Assembly: GCA_964187785.1 (NCBI GenBank)
Contig: OZ076409.1
Coordinates: forward strand, 63,614,001 to 63,678,000
Direction: 5' to 3'
DNA length: 64,000 bases
Origin: Amphiscolops sp. MND2022
Lineage: Eukaryota
Shown here: in pieces, positions 27,753 through 39,652 of the stretch
Position numbering within the stretch: position 1 is the first letter of the stretch
How the letters are laid out: every line of letters starts with the position of its first letter
Translations under genes and position numbers: made by a program
Notes under the pieces: model-generated
Database searches by the model: none
What the model was told of the DNA's origin: nothing
Seen by the model: the letters and a program-made list of their open reading frames with translations, nothing else

Positions 27753-27757
27753 CTCTG

Positions 27758-30180
27758 TAACAGAATAAACTCATTATCAAAAGAACTGTAATTTAATCCT
27801 GCCGCAATTTTCTTCTAATACCCTTGCCGCAACATTCTGCTAATATTTTTGCAGCAACATTTTTCTAATCATCTCACAAAGCTAGGCTGAGATACTACAT
27901 TGATGACATGGGTACTGAAACCCATAAGTTCTACACTTTCAAGAACCTTGATTTCAAAAAAACCTCTTGAAAAAATCTTGAAATGAACAATTTCTTCGCA
28001 AGTTTCTTTCTCCAACAAAACTTTTCTTCAATATACTCTTCAGCGACTTAGGCACTCCAGATAGTGCCAGAACCAAGACTACAATCCAGACAACAAAAGT
28101 GAGTGTTTTTCGGACTCCACGGAGTGGAGTTAACGTAAATCTCAGAGTCTATTGAGAATAGTGGAAATTCTGGTTCTCATCTTTTTCAAACAGTATTTCA
28201 GTTAAACTCCCGAAAAACAAGACCGAAAAACAGAAACTACCACAAAGGCTACGTTACACTTAGTAACGTTACCACTTGATGAGATCGGCTAGAATTAGAT
28301 GTCACGAAGTAAGGGCAACGGAACTATTGAATAGAGTTGAATAAAAATATACCAGACTCGAAGACAAAGAACATTTAAAACAGTATCTCATCGTTCAGTT
28401 GAATGTAAATAACTAACCAGTGAGCATCACTGATAAGATACGACTACACAATGCGAGTACAGCAAAGTGAAAATTGAAAGTGATTACCAAATTGGTTGAG
28501 GAAATAAATAAAATTAGGATAAAAAGAATAAAAAGTTTATCTCGAAAAAGAAATCACTGGGTTTCATTGATTTCATAAAAAGACAACTTCACTCTCTCAT
28601 AAGATACTGAAAGCTACATAACCCCTTTTAAACTAATAGATAAACTCCAAAACTGGGGCAGAACAACGACTCGCGAAGGAAACGAAGTGGAACTAGCTGA
28701 TCGGTCGCACTACTTCGCGCTACGTCTTCAAAAGTTGGCGATTGATTTCTATCGAATGCTAACGGATGAACAAAAGGGGAACTATGAAAATATAAAACAG
28801 GCATTTAAACGCATAACATCGAGAAACCAATGGTCTTTCGGTGTCGATTTGCAAGAAGAATTCGACACCCGGGAGAAAAAATAATAATTTTTTTTGGGTG
28901 ACTCACAGTGCTTTGCAATGAAAGCATACCCAGGGCAGTCCAAAGAGACCTGAGATTTGTGAGACCAGAGACCTCAGTTGATTTGTGGAGCTTCGTCAAA
29001 GCTGTCCAGGCTGCAGTCCCATTGTGCTTGTGCCTCTGATGAAGTTGATGCTTGCCTTGTCAAGACACTGAACCAGCTCGCACCACACCATGTGCTGGAG
29101 CTTGGCTAGATCTTCTTCTTCCCCCTCTCGCTTGACACGTTCGTCATTCATCTCCACATCTTTTTAAGGTATTGTTTTGATTCTGTCCAGAAGGCAATCA
29201 GAAAATCCTCGGGCATAGATTATGGCTTCGAACTGCTCCAGGAAAGTGGGGAAGTCATCCTCTCGTCCACTAAACGCAGCTTCTCTTGTCGAGAGTGTCG
29301 TGGTGCCGTTATCGTGATCTTTTCAAAACAGTATTTCAGTTAAACTCCCGAAAAACAAGACCGAAAAACAGAAACTACCACAAAGGTTACGTTACACTTA
29401 GTAACGTTACCACTTGATGAGATCGGCTAGAATTAGATGTCACGAAGTAAGGGCAACGGAACTATTGAATAGAGTTGAATAAAAATATACCAGACTCGAA
29501 GACAAAGAACATTTAAAACAGTATCTCATCGTTCAGTTGAATGTAAATAATTAACCAGTGAGCATCACTGATAAGATACGACTACACAATGCGAGTACAG
29601 CAAAGTGAAAATTGAAAGTGATTACCAAATTGGTTGAGGAAATAAATAAAATTAGGATAAAAAGAATAAAAAGTTTATCTCGAAAAAGAAATCACTGGGT
29701 TTCATTGATTTCATAAAAAGACAACTTCACTCTCTCATAAGATACTGAAAGCTACATAACCCCTTTTAAACTAATAGATAAACTCCAAAACTGGGGCAGA
29801 ACAACGACTCGCGAAGGAAACGAAGTGGAACTAGCTGATCGGTCGCACTACTTCGCGCTACGTCTTCAAAAGTTGGCGATTGATTTCTATCGAATGCTAA
29901 CGGATGAACAAAAGGGGAACTATGAAAATATAAAACAGGCATTTAAACGCATAACATCGAGAAACCAATGGTCTTTCGGTGTCGATTTGCAAGAAGAATT
30001 CGACACCCGGGAGAAAAAATATAATTTTTTTGGGTGACTCACAGTGCTTTGCAATGAAAGCATACCCAGGGCAGTCCAAAGAGACCTGAGATCATTTAGT
30101 AGTGCACGGATCCCTGGAGGGAATTCGAAGTAGCCAAGAACGTTTGGACATGAGAAAAACAGTTGGATATGTTGTGCCGT
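27758..30180 (+). mobile_element. Gypsy-like remnant (gag fragment) duplicated around a Copia-2 gag fragment
   Basis: HYFALRLQKLAIDFYRML...YENIKQAF and LAMKAYPGQSKET*DHLVV resemble retrotransposon gag. 28183-28954 is repeated at 29321-30092. 28975-29320 matches Copia-2 at 27024-27370. Confidence 0.55.
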
Positions 30181-30651
30181 CTATTCCAGGAAGGAGTCCA
30201 ATAATTCCCAGAAGAAAAAAGTAACCTTTCGTAGGTTTGCTCTAAAAACCCTGACAACTTCATGAGAGTGCTGAAAGTACTGATTTCAATTGAATTTGTT
30301 TTTTTAAATCTTGTTTAACAGATTGATGATGGTACCGGATCTTCTGGATCACTATTTTCATTATTTTAGATACTATTCATCTAGTAAAATGTGCCTTTGC
30401 TAGACATCTGTTTTCCAACCTCGGGAGTATGTAGGAAGTCGCAGGAAGTTTAGCAACCTTAGGATTCGTTTTTACAGGCTTGTGGGGCGTGTCGGGACTT
30501 TGATAATGCCGGCCCGTCGCCTCGGAGCTCTAATTTGAGGAATCTCCTTTGACGTATGGAAAGTCGCCCTGAGATGGCTCGTACCGAATGCTTGAGGGTT
30601 GTCCTTGAGCTTTGTAACAGCGAGATAGGAAATCTTTTGAGAAGGGATTAA

Positions 30652-30815
30652 TATAGCAACCACTAATTTGGGTAATAAATCTAGACGGATTGCTCAAATA
30701 TTGGAGCTGTAGTATAGTTGTCAGCACGTCACGTCGCGATTTGGAAGAATAGGTTCGAATCCTATCAGCTCCTAATCTTTGCTTTAGTGTCTAGATAGTT
30801 TAGTGGGTTGCTATA
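30652..30815 (+). mobile_element. Small inverted-repeat element carrying a tRNA-like sequence (30703-30772)
   Basis: Ends tatagcaaccactaa / ttagtgggttgctata. Inside: GGAGCTG...CAGCTCC acceptor stem and ATAGG-TTCGAAT-CCTAT T-arm, with a poor anticodon stem. Confidence 0.55.
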
Positions 30816-30887
30816 GTATCAATTATTGATTGGCAAATTAATTGATAAAATTGTTAATTGAAAGACTTTTTGTCCCTCATTATTTTC

Positions 30888-33800
30888 CAACTTTTAATTG
30901 CCAGGCTCCCCTGCATATGATGAATGTAGAAGCGTTGTTTGAATTAACGAGACGAGAACGTCTAAGGTCGGCGCCATATCTAAGGCTCAAAAAGCGCAAA
31001 ACATTTTTTTGGAGAGACATTGAAATTTTTGATTTTTTTTCTTTCGAAAAAGTAGCATAATGCCAAAAAATGTAAAAGGGGGACCCTTCTGGATTTATTA
31101 ACATTTACTCCGTTGCAAAATATCAAAGAACTTGAAGGGGGACATTTTATGGACATTGAAAAATTTTTGAAAAAAAGTCGCACAGTGCCGAAAAATTCCA
31201 AAGGGGGACCCTTGAGGCACGTCCGGTTTTGTAGGCAACCTTAAAAATATAAAAACTAAAAGGTGGACCTTTTGGAGACAGAAAAATTTTCGAAAAAAAG
31301 TCGCACAGTGCCGAAAAAAAAATCCAAAGGGTGGACCCTTCAGGCACGTCCGGATGTGTATGTTATGGACCCTTTGGATTAAGTTTGCAAGTTTGCCTGG
31401 GCCGGACTTGGCCTTAGTTGGTTTCAGGACTGGTTCTAAAAAGTGGACCGAACAGTTTGAGGGTTGTAGTCTGAAGAAAAACAAGACGGGAACGTCTAAA
31501 GTTGGCGCTATATCTAAGGCTCAAAAAGCGCAAAAATTTTTTTGGAAAAAAACTAGGAATTTTCGAAAAAAAATTCGAAAAATGTCGCACTGTGCCAAAA
31601 AATGTAAAAGAAGGGACCCTTTTTGATTTCCAAACATGCATTCTGTTGCAAAATAACAAAAAACTCAAAGGGGAGACCCTTTGGGGACATTAAAAACTTT
31701 TCGAGAAAAAGTCGCACAGTGCCGAAAAAAATCGAGAGGGGGACCCTTTAGCCTCGGCCGGTTTTGTAGGTTACGTTAGAAAAGTTAAAAATAAGAAAAG
31801 GGGGACCCTTTGGAGACAAAAAGTTTTCGAGAAAAAAAGTCGCACAGCGCCGAAAAAAAATACGAAATGGGACTCTTTAGTCCCGTCCGGCTTTGTAGGT
31901 TACCTTGAAAAAGTAAAAATGAAAGGGGGACCCTTCGCACTAAGTTTGCTTTGGCCCCTTAGCCGGACTGGGCGCCTTAGGTGGTTTCAGGATTGTTTCT
32001 AAAAAGTGGACCGATCAGTGTGAGGACAGTAGTCTGAAGAACAAACAAGACGAGAACTTCTAAAGTCGGCGCTATATCTAAGGCTAAAAAACGCAAAACA
32101 ATTTTTTTGGAAAACTTGAATTTTTTGAAATTTTTTTCTTCCCGAAAATGTCGCATAGTGACGAAAAATGTAGAAGGGGGTCCCTTTGGGATTTATTAAT
32201 ACATGCAGTTGCAAAATATGAGAAAACTCGAAGGGGGGACATTTTTGAGACATTAACAGTTTTCGAAAAAAGTCGCACAGTGTCGAAAACAAATCGAAAG
32301 GGGGGACTCTTTTAGTCCTCTCCGGTTTTGTAGGTTACCTTGAAAAAGTAAAAAATGTAAGGGGGAACCTTTGGACTAAGTTGGTCTTGGCTGGACTTGG
32401 CCTTAGGTGGTTTCAGGATTGTTTCTAAAAAGTGGACCGATCAGTGTGAGAACCGTAGTCTGAAGAAAAAAAGGTCACTGCTATAGTCGGGCTTTTTTTC
32501 TTAAAAGGATAAAGCGCCGACTAAAAACTGTCACCGCTATAGTCGAGCATTTTTCCCTTGATGGAAAAGCGCCGACTAAAAAGGTCACTGCTTTAGTCGG
32601 GCATTTTTCCTTGAAAGGATAAAGCGGCGCCTTTAAAAAACGCTGATCGATGACGACGATCCAATTCTGATGAGTTTGAAAGTACATCTGTCCCGTTGCA
32701 CCTCTTGTTAACGTTTCGGAAGAAGTTCATTTGAATGAGTTTTTCATCTTTAGAGCCCTAGGTAGGGTCCGACTCGAGTAAATTATCTGATTAGATGAAA
32801 AGGTTTGCTTTAGTCGAATGTTACCTAATTGAGTTGTCGCTTGAAAAAACATAGAGACATTTTTTGTGAGTTTGGAATCTGTGCGCAACCGATTCTTCAA
32901 CCGGTGGCCATTGAAGTACAGGGTTCTTTAGGCGAGAGTAATGAAATTTTCATAACGCGTTTGTAAAATGCTCTATTGTTCCCACGACGATCAACGAGCT
33001 GGTAGGCGATCTCAATGGCTCTTCAAATCGACGATGCGGCCTGTGTTCTAGGAATTGTCAGCTACAGAGATGCACTTGAAGCAGTTCATTACATATGGTT
33101 TTTTTGAATATAGGAAAAAACAAGATCAATGTTATTGCTTATTTGAAGATGTTTTGGACATTCCGTCCATCATCAGCAAATCTGTAAAAGAGAAAAATTT
33201 TTGAATCATACATGTACAAAACAGTGACATGCTTTTAAAGAAATTTAAAGAACGTAGACAGTCTAAAAACAGAAGGTAAAGGTGAATAACATGATTGACA
33301 ACAATCAGGAACAAGCCGGGAACGGCCCAAGTCGGCGCCATTTTTAAGGCTCAAAAATAGCAAAAGGACTTCAAAGAGTCAAGTATGCTCTTCTACAGTA
33401 CCCCCATGAGGAAAAAAATGAAAAAACATCCCATTTTTGTGAAGCTAATCCAAAATTTTTTGGTCTCCGATAAGTCGCCTAGTGCCAAAAAAAGTAGGAA
33501 GGGGACTTCAAAAAACCTATTTAACCTCTATCTCAAGTGCCAGTAGAAGTAGTGTGGCATTTAGTGTTAGTACGAGTCAAGTTATAAAGCTTGTAAAATC
33601 TGTCACTTCGTTGGTCTAAAAAAGAAGAAAATTCAGGAATATAGTCTGTGTTTTTCTACGAAGAAAAAAAAAACCTTCGCATCAGAGGCGTATTAGTAGT
33701 AAAAGTAGTAGTAAAATAGACTTCAGGGCGTAACCCTTGAAAATTTCCCCCATAAATAGTCCAACTTTTAATTGCCAGGCCCCCCTGCATATGATGAATG

Positions 33801-36800
33801 TAGAAGCGTTGTTTGAATTAACAAGACGAGAACGTCTATAGTCGGCGCCATATCTGAGGCTCAAAAAGCGCGAAACATTTTTGGAGAGAAATTGAAATTT
33901 TTGATTTTTTTTCTTTCAAAAAATATCGCATAATGCCGGAAAATGTAAAAGGGGGACCCTTCTGGATTTATTAACATTTATTCCGTTGCAAAATATCAAA
34001 AAACTAGAAGGGGGGACTTTTTGGGGACATTGAAAAATTTTTGAAAAAAGTCGCACAGTGCCGAAAAAATTCCAAAGGGGGACCATTGAGGAACGTCCGG
34101 TTTTGTAGGTAACTCTAAAAAAGTGAAAACTGAAAGGGGGACCCTTTGGAGACAGAAAAATTTTCGAAAAAAAATTGCACAGTGCCGAAAAAAAATCCAA
34201 AGGGTGGACCCTTTAGGCACGTCCGGATGTGTATGTTTCCTTGAAAAAGGGACCCTTTGGATTAAGTTTGCAAGTTTGCCTGGGCCGGACTTGGCCTTAG
34301 TTGGTTTCAGGACTGGTTCTAAAAAGTGGACCGATCAGTGTGAGGCTTGTAGTCTGAAGAAAAACAAGACGGGAACGTCTAAAGTCGGCGCTATATCTAA
34401 GGCTCAAAAAGCGCAAAACATTTTTTTGGAAAAAAACTTGGAATTTTGGAAAAAAAACCGGAAAATGTCGCACAGTGCCAAAAAATGTGAAAGAAGGGAC
34501 CCTTTTTGATTTCCAAACATGCATTCTGTTGCAAAATAACAAAAAACTCAAAGGGGAGACCCTTTGGGGACATTAAAAAATTTTCAAAAAAAAGTCGCAC
34601 AGTGCCAAAAAAATCGATAGGGGGACCCTTTAGCCTCGGCCGGCTTTGTAGGTTACCTTGAAAAAGTAAAATTGAAAGGGGGGACCTTTTGCACTAGGTT
34701 TGCCTTGGCCCCTTTGCCGGACTGGGCGCCTTGGGTGGTTTCAGGATTGTTTCTAAAAAGTGGACCGATCAATGTGAGGATTGTTGTCTGAAGAACAAAC
34801 AAGACGAGAACGTCTAAAGTCGGCGCTATATCTAAGGCTCAAAAAGCGCAAAACCTTTTTTTTGAAAAACTTGAAATTTTTGAAATTTTTTCTTTCAGAA
34901 AATGTCGCATAGTGCCGAAAAATGTAGAAGGGGTCCCTTTGAGATTTATTAATACATTCAGTCGCAAAATATGAGAAAACTAGAAGGTTGGACTTTTTTG
35001 AGACATTAAAAATTTTTCGAAAAAAATCGCACAGTGTCGAAAACAAATCGAAAGGGGGACTTTTTTTAGTCCCGTCCGGTTTTGTAGGTTACCTTGAAAA
35101 AGTAAAAAATGAAAGGGGGAACCTATGGACTAGGTTTATCTTGGCCGGACTTGGCCTTAGGTGGTTTCAGGATTGTTTTTAAAAAGTGGACCGATCAGTG
35201 TGAGAATTGTAGTCTGAAGAAAAAAAGTCACTGCTATAGTCGGGCTTTTTTCCCTTAATGGAAAAGCGCTGACTAAAAAGGTCATTGCTTTAGTCGGGCA
35301 TTTTTCCTTAAAAGGATAAAGCGGCGCCTTTAAAAAACGCTGATCGATGACGACGATCCAATTCTGATGAGTTTGAAAGAACATCAGTCCCCTTGCACCT
35401 CTTGTTCAAGTTTCGGAAGAAGTTCATTTGAATGAGTTTTTCATCTTTAGAGCCCTAGGGTCCGATTCGAATAAAGTATCTGATTAGAGGAAAAGGTTTT
35501 GCTTTGGTCGAATGTTACCTAATTGAGTTGTCGCTTGAAGAAAAATAGAGACATTTTTTATGAGTATGGAATCTGTGCGCAACCGATTCTTCAACCGGTG
35601 GCCATTGAAGTACGGGGTTCTTTAGGCGAGAGTAGTGAAATTTTCATAACGCGTTTGTAAAATGCTCTATCGTTCGCACGACGATCAACGAGTTGGTAGG
35701 CGATCTCAATGGCTCTTCAGATCGACGATGCGGCCTGTGTTCTAGGAACTGTCAGCTACAGAGGTGCATTTGAAGCAGTTTATTACATATTGTTATTTTT
35801 TTTGAATACAGGAAAAAAACAAGATCAATGTTATTGCTTATTTGAAGATGTTTTGGACATTCCGTCCATCATCAGCAAATCTGTAAAAGAGAATAATATT
35901 TGAATCGTACATGTACAAAACACTGACATGCTTTTAAAGAAGTTTGAAGAACATAGACAGTCTAAAAATGGAAGGTGAAAGCGAATAACATGATTGACAA
36001 CAATCAAGAACAAGCCGGGAACGCCCCAAGTCGGCGCCATTTTTAAGGCTCAAAAATATCAAAAAGACTTCAAAGAGTCAAGTATGCTCTTCTACAGTAC
36101 CCGCATGAGGAAAAAAATGAAAAAACATCCCATTTTTTCGAAGTTTATTCCAAAATTTTTTGGTCTCCGATAAGTCGCATAGTGCCAAAAAATGTAGGAA
36201 GGGGACTTCAAAAAACCTATTTAACCTCTATCTCAAGTGCCAGTAGAAGTAGTGTGGCATTTAGTGTTAGTTCGAGTCAGCCTATAAAGCTTGTAAAATC
36301 TGTCACTTCGTTAGTCTAAAAAAGAAGAAAATTCAGGAATATAGTCTGTGTTTTTCTACGAAAAAGCGCCGACTAAAAAACCCTCGCATCAGAGGCGTAT
36401 TAGTAGTAAACGTAGTAGTAAAATAGACTTCAGGGCGTAACCGTAGAAGATTTCCCCCTTAAATAGTACAACTTTTAATTGCCAGGCCCCCTGCATATGA
36501 TGAATGTAGAAGCGTTGTTTGAACTAACAAGACGAGAACGTCTATAGTCGGCGCCATATCTGAGGCTCAAAAAGCGCAAAACATTTTTGGAGAGAAATTG
36601 AAGTTTTTGATTTTTTTTCTTTCAAAAATTATCACATAATGCCGAAAAATGTAAAAAAGGGACCCTTCTGGATTTATTAAATTTTATTCCGTTGCAAAAT
36701 ATCAAAAAACTCGAAGGGGGGATTTTTTGGGGACATTGAAAAGTTTTTGAAAAAAAGTCGCACAGTGCCGAAAAAATTCCAAAGGGGACCCTTGAGGCAC

Positions 36801-39210
36801 GTCCGGTTTTGTAGGTAACCTTAAAAAAGTGAAAACTGAAAGGGGGACCCTTTGGAGACAGAAAAAATTTCGAAAAAAAATCGCACAGTGCCGAAAAAAA
36901 TCCAAAGGGTGGACGCTTTAGGCACGTCCGGATGTGTATGTTTCCTTGAAAAAGGGACCCTTTGGATTAAGTTTGCAAGTTTGCCTGGGCCGGACTTGGC
37001 CTTAGTTGGTTTCAGGACTGGTTCTAAAAAGTGGACCGAACAGTTTGAGGGTTGTAGTCTGAAAAAAAACAAGACGGGAACGTCTAAAGTTGGCGCTATA
37101 TCTAAGGCTCAAAAAGCGCAAAAAATTTTTTGGAAAAAACTAGGAATTTTCGGAAAAAAATTCGGAAAATGTCGCACTGTGCCAAAAAATGTAAAAGAAG
37201 GGACCCTTTTTGATTTCCGAACATGCATTCTGTTGCAAAATAACAAAAAACTCAAAGGAGAGACCCTTTGGGGACATTGAAAAATTTTCAAAAAAAAGTC
37301 GCACAGTGCCGAAAAAAATTGAAAGGGGGACCCTTTAGCCTCGGCCGGTTTTGTAGGTTACGTTTAAAAAGTAAAAAAAGAAAGGGGGGACCCTTTGGAG
37401 ACAAAAAAACGTTCGAGAAAAAAAGTCGCACAGCGCCGGAAAAATACGAAATGGGACTCTTTAGTCCCGTCCGGCTTTGTAGGTTACCTTGAAAAAGTAA
37501 AAATGAAAGGGGGGACCCTTTGCACTAAGTTTGCCTTGGCCCCTTTGCCGGACTGGGCGCCTTGGGTGGTTTCAGGATTGTTTCTAAAAAGTGGACCGAT
37601 CAATGTGAGGATTGTAGTCTGAAGAACAAACAAGACGAGAACGTCTAAAGTCGGCGCTATATCTAAGGCTCAAAAAGCGCAAAACATTTTTTTGAAAAAC
37701 TTGAAATTTTTGAAATTTTTTCTTTCAGAAAATGTCGCATAGTGCCAAAAAATGTAGAAGGGGGTCCCTTTGGGATTTATTAATACATTCAGTCGCAAAA
37801 TATGAGAAACCTAGAAGGGTGGACATTTTTGAGACATTAAAAATTTTTCGAAAAAAGTCGCACAGTGTCGAAAACAAATCGAAAGGGGGGACTCTTTTAG
37901 TCCCGTCCGGTTTTGTAGGTTACCTTGAAAAAGTAAAAATTGAAAGGGGGAACTTATGGACTAAGTTTATCTTGGCTGGTTATGGCCTTAGGTGGTTTCA
38001 GGATTGTTTTTAAAAAGTGGACCGATCAGTGTGAGAATTGTAGTCTGAAGAAAAAAAGTCACTGCTATGGTCGGGCTTTTTTCCCTTAATGGAAAAGCGC
38101 TGACTAAAAAGGTCATTGCTTTAGTCGGGCATTTTTCCTTAAAAAGATAAAGCGGCGCCTTTGAAAAACGCTGATCGATGACGACGATCCAATTCTGATG
38201 AGATTGAAAGTACATCTGTCCCGTTGCACCTCTTGTTAAAGTTTCGGAAGAAGTTCATTTGAATGAAATTTTCATCTTTAGAGCCCTAGGTGGGGTCCGA
38301 TTCGAAAAAATTATCTGATTAGAGGAAAAGGTTTTGCTTTGGTCAAACTTTACTTAATTGAGTTGTCGCTTGAAAAAAAATAGAGACATTTTTTATGAGT
38401 ATGGAATCTGTGCGCAACCGATTCTTCAACTGGTGGCCATTGAAGTACAGGAATCTTTAGGCGAGAGTAGTGAAATTTTCATAACGCGTTTGTAAAATGC
38501 TCTATCGTTCGCACGACGATCAACGAGTTGGTAGGCGATCTCAATGGCTCTTCAAATCGACGATGCGGCCTGTGTTCTAGGAATTGTCAGCTACAGAGAT
38601 GCATTTGAAGCAGTTCATTACATATGGTTTCTTTTTGAATATAGGAAAAAAACAAGATCAATGTTATTGCTTTTTTGAAGATGTTTTGGACATTCCGTCC
38701 ATCATCAGCAAATCTGTAAAAGAGAAATATTTTTGAATCATACATGTACAAAACAGTGACATGCTTTTAAAGAATTTTAAAGAACGTAGACAGTCTAAAA
38801 ACAGAAGGTGAAGGTGAATAACATGATTGACAACAATCAGGAACAAGCCGGGAACGGCCCAAGTCGGCGCCATTTTTAAGGCTCAAAAGTAGCAAAAGGA
38901 CTTCAAAGTGTCAAGTATTCTCTGCTACAGTACCCGCATGAGGAAAAAAATGAAAAAACATCCCATTTTTTTGGAGTCTATTCCAAAATTTTTTGGTCTT
39001 CGATAGTCGCATAGTGCTAAAAAATGTAGGAAGGGGACTTCAAAAAACATATATAACCTCTATCTCAAGTGCCAGTAGAAGTAGTGTGGCATTTAGTGTT
39101 AGTTCGAGTCAGCTTATAAAGCTTGTAAAATCTGTCACTTCGTTGGTCCAAAAAAAGAATAAAATTCAGAAATATAGTCTGTGTTTTTCTACGAAAAAGC
39201 GCCGACTAAA
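30888..39210. repeat. Tandem array of three ~2.7-2.9 kb composite units (Helentron/DINE-like modules plus LINE and CRE fragments)
   Basis: The anchor caacttttaattgccagg recurs at 30888, 33762 and 36469. Each unit has several aacaagacg.gaacgtct.aagtcggcgc heads, aaagcgccgacta ends, and a CRE 3' fragment (ILQPVAIEVQGSLG...MALQIDDAACVLG). Confidence 0.9.
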
Positions 39211-39652
39211 ATGTCAACTGTCTTTAGGAGTCGAGTCTGGGCAATAGGTAGCTCTCCTCTTAGAAATTGCCTGTTTGAATCATATGCTTCTGGCAAGGTT
39301 TTATTGAAAATTACGTCATTTTTGTCATTGAGCCGTGCCAGCAACATCAGGATATCGTGCATTTCCATAAAGAGACTGAAGTGGAGGAGCTTCAGCTCTT
39401 GCATTTTTTCGAAATAGTTTTTTATGGACCCAAGATCCAACAAGTTGCCAATTTTTGAACTTTCTCTAGTGTTGCAGAATTCGTTCTTGTTTGGTAGCCA
39501 TGTCTGGGAGGCAAAGGTTGAGATGGGGGCTACGTAGTTGGTATATGCGTTCAATTTCGTTATGATAGCACATTTTTGCGAAAGATTTGTCTTGATTTGG
39601 AAAAAAGCACCCTTTGCTTTGGTTGCACGCCGGTTACTGTTTCCATTCCAGC
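39189..39652 (-). mobile_element. CR1/L2-like LINE 3' fragment (continues the RT at 42325-42866 / 45197-45736)
   Basis: WNGNSNRRATKAKGAFFQIK...YVAPISTFASQTW. Joins NNLSWN across the hAT TSD gctggaat. Confidence 0.75.

Noticed and set aside
30703..30772. Functional tRNA gene (likewise 51259-51329, 53557-53627, 58063-58140)
   Set aside because: Anticodon and D stems are broken and each sits inside a repeat; treated as tRNA-derived.
32666..32682. ctgatgagtttgaaa as a hammerhead core (also ~35365 and ~38194)
   Set aside because: There is no room for stem II between CTGATGA and GAAA, and it lies in a decayed LINE 3' fragment.
30888..39210. CRISPR-like array suggested by recurring short motifs (gtcgcacagtgccgaaaa, aagggggaccc)
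   Set aside because: The repeats are degenerate, the intervening sequences are themselves repeated, spacing is irregular, no cas genes are present, and the context is eukaryotic.
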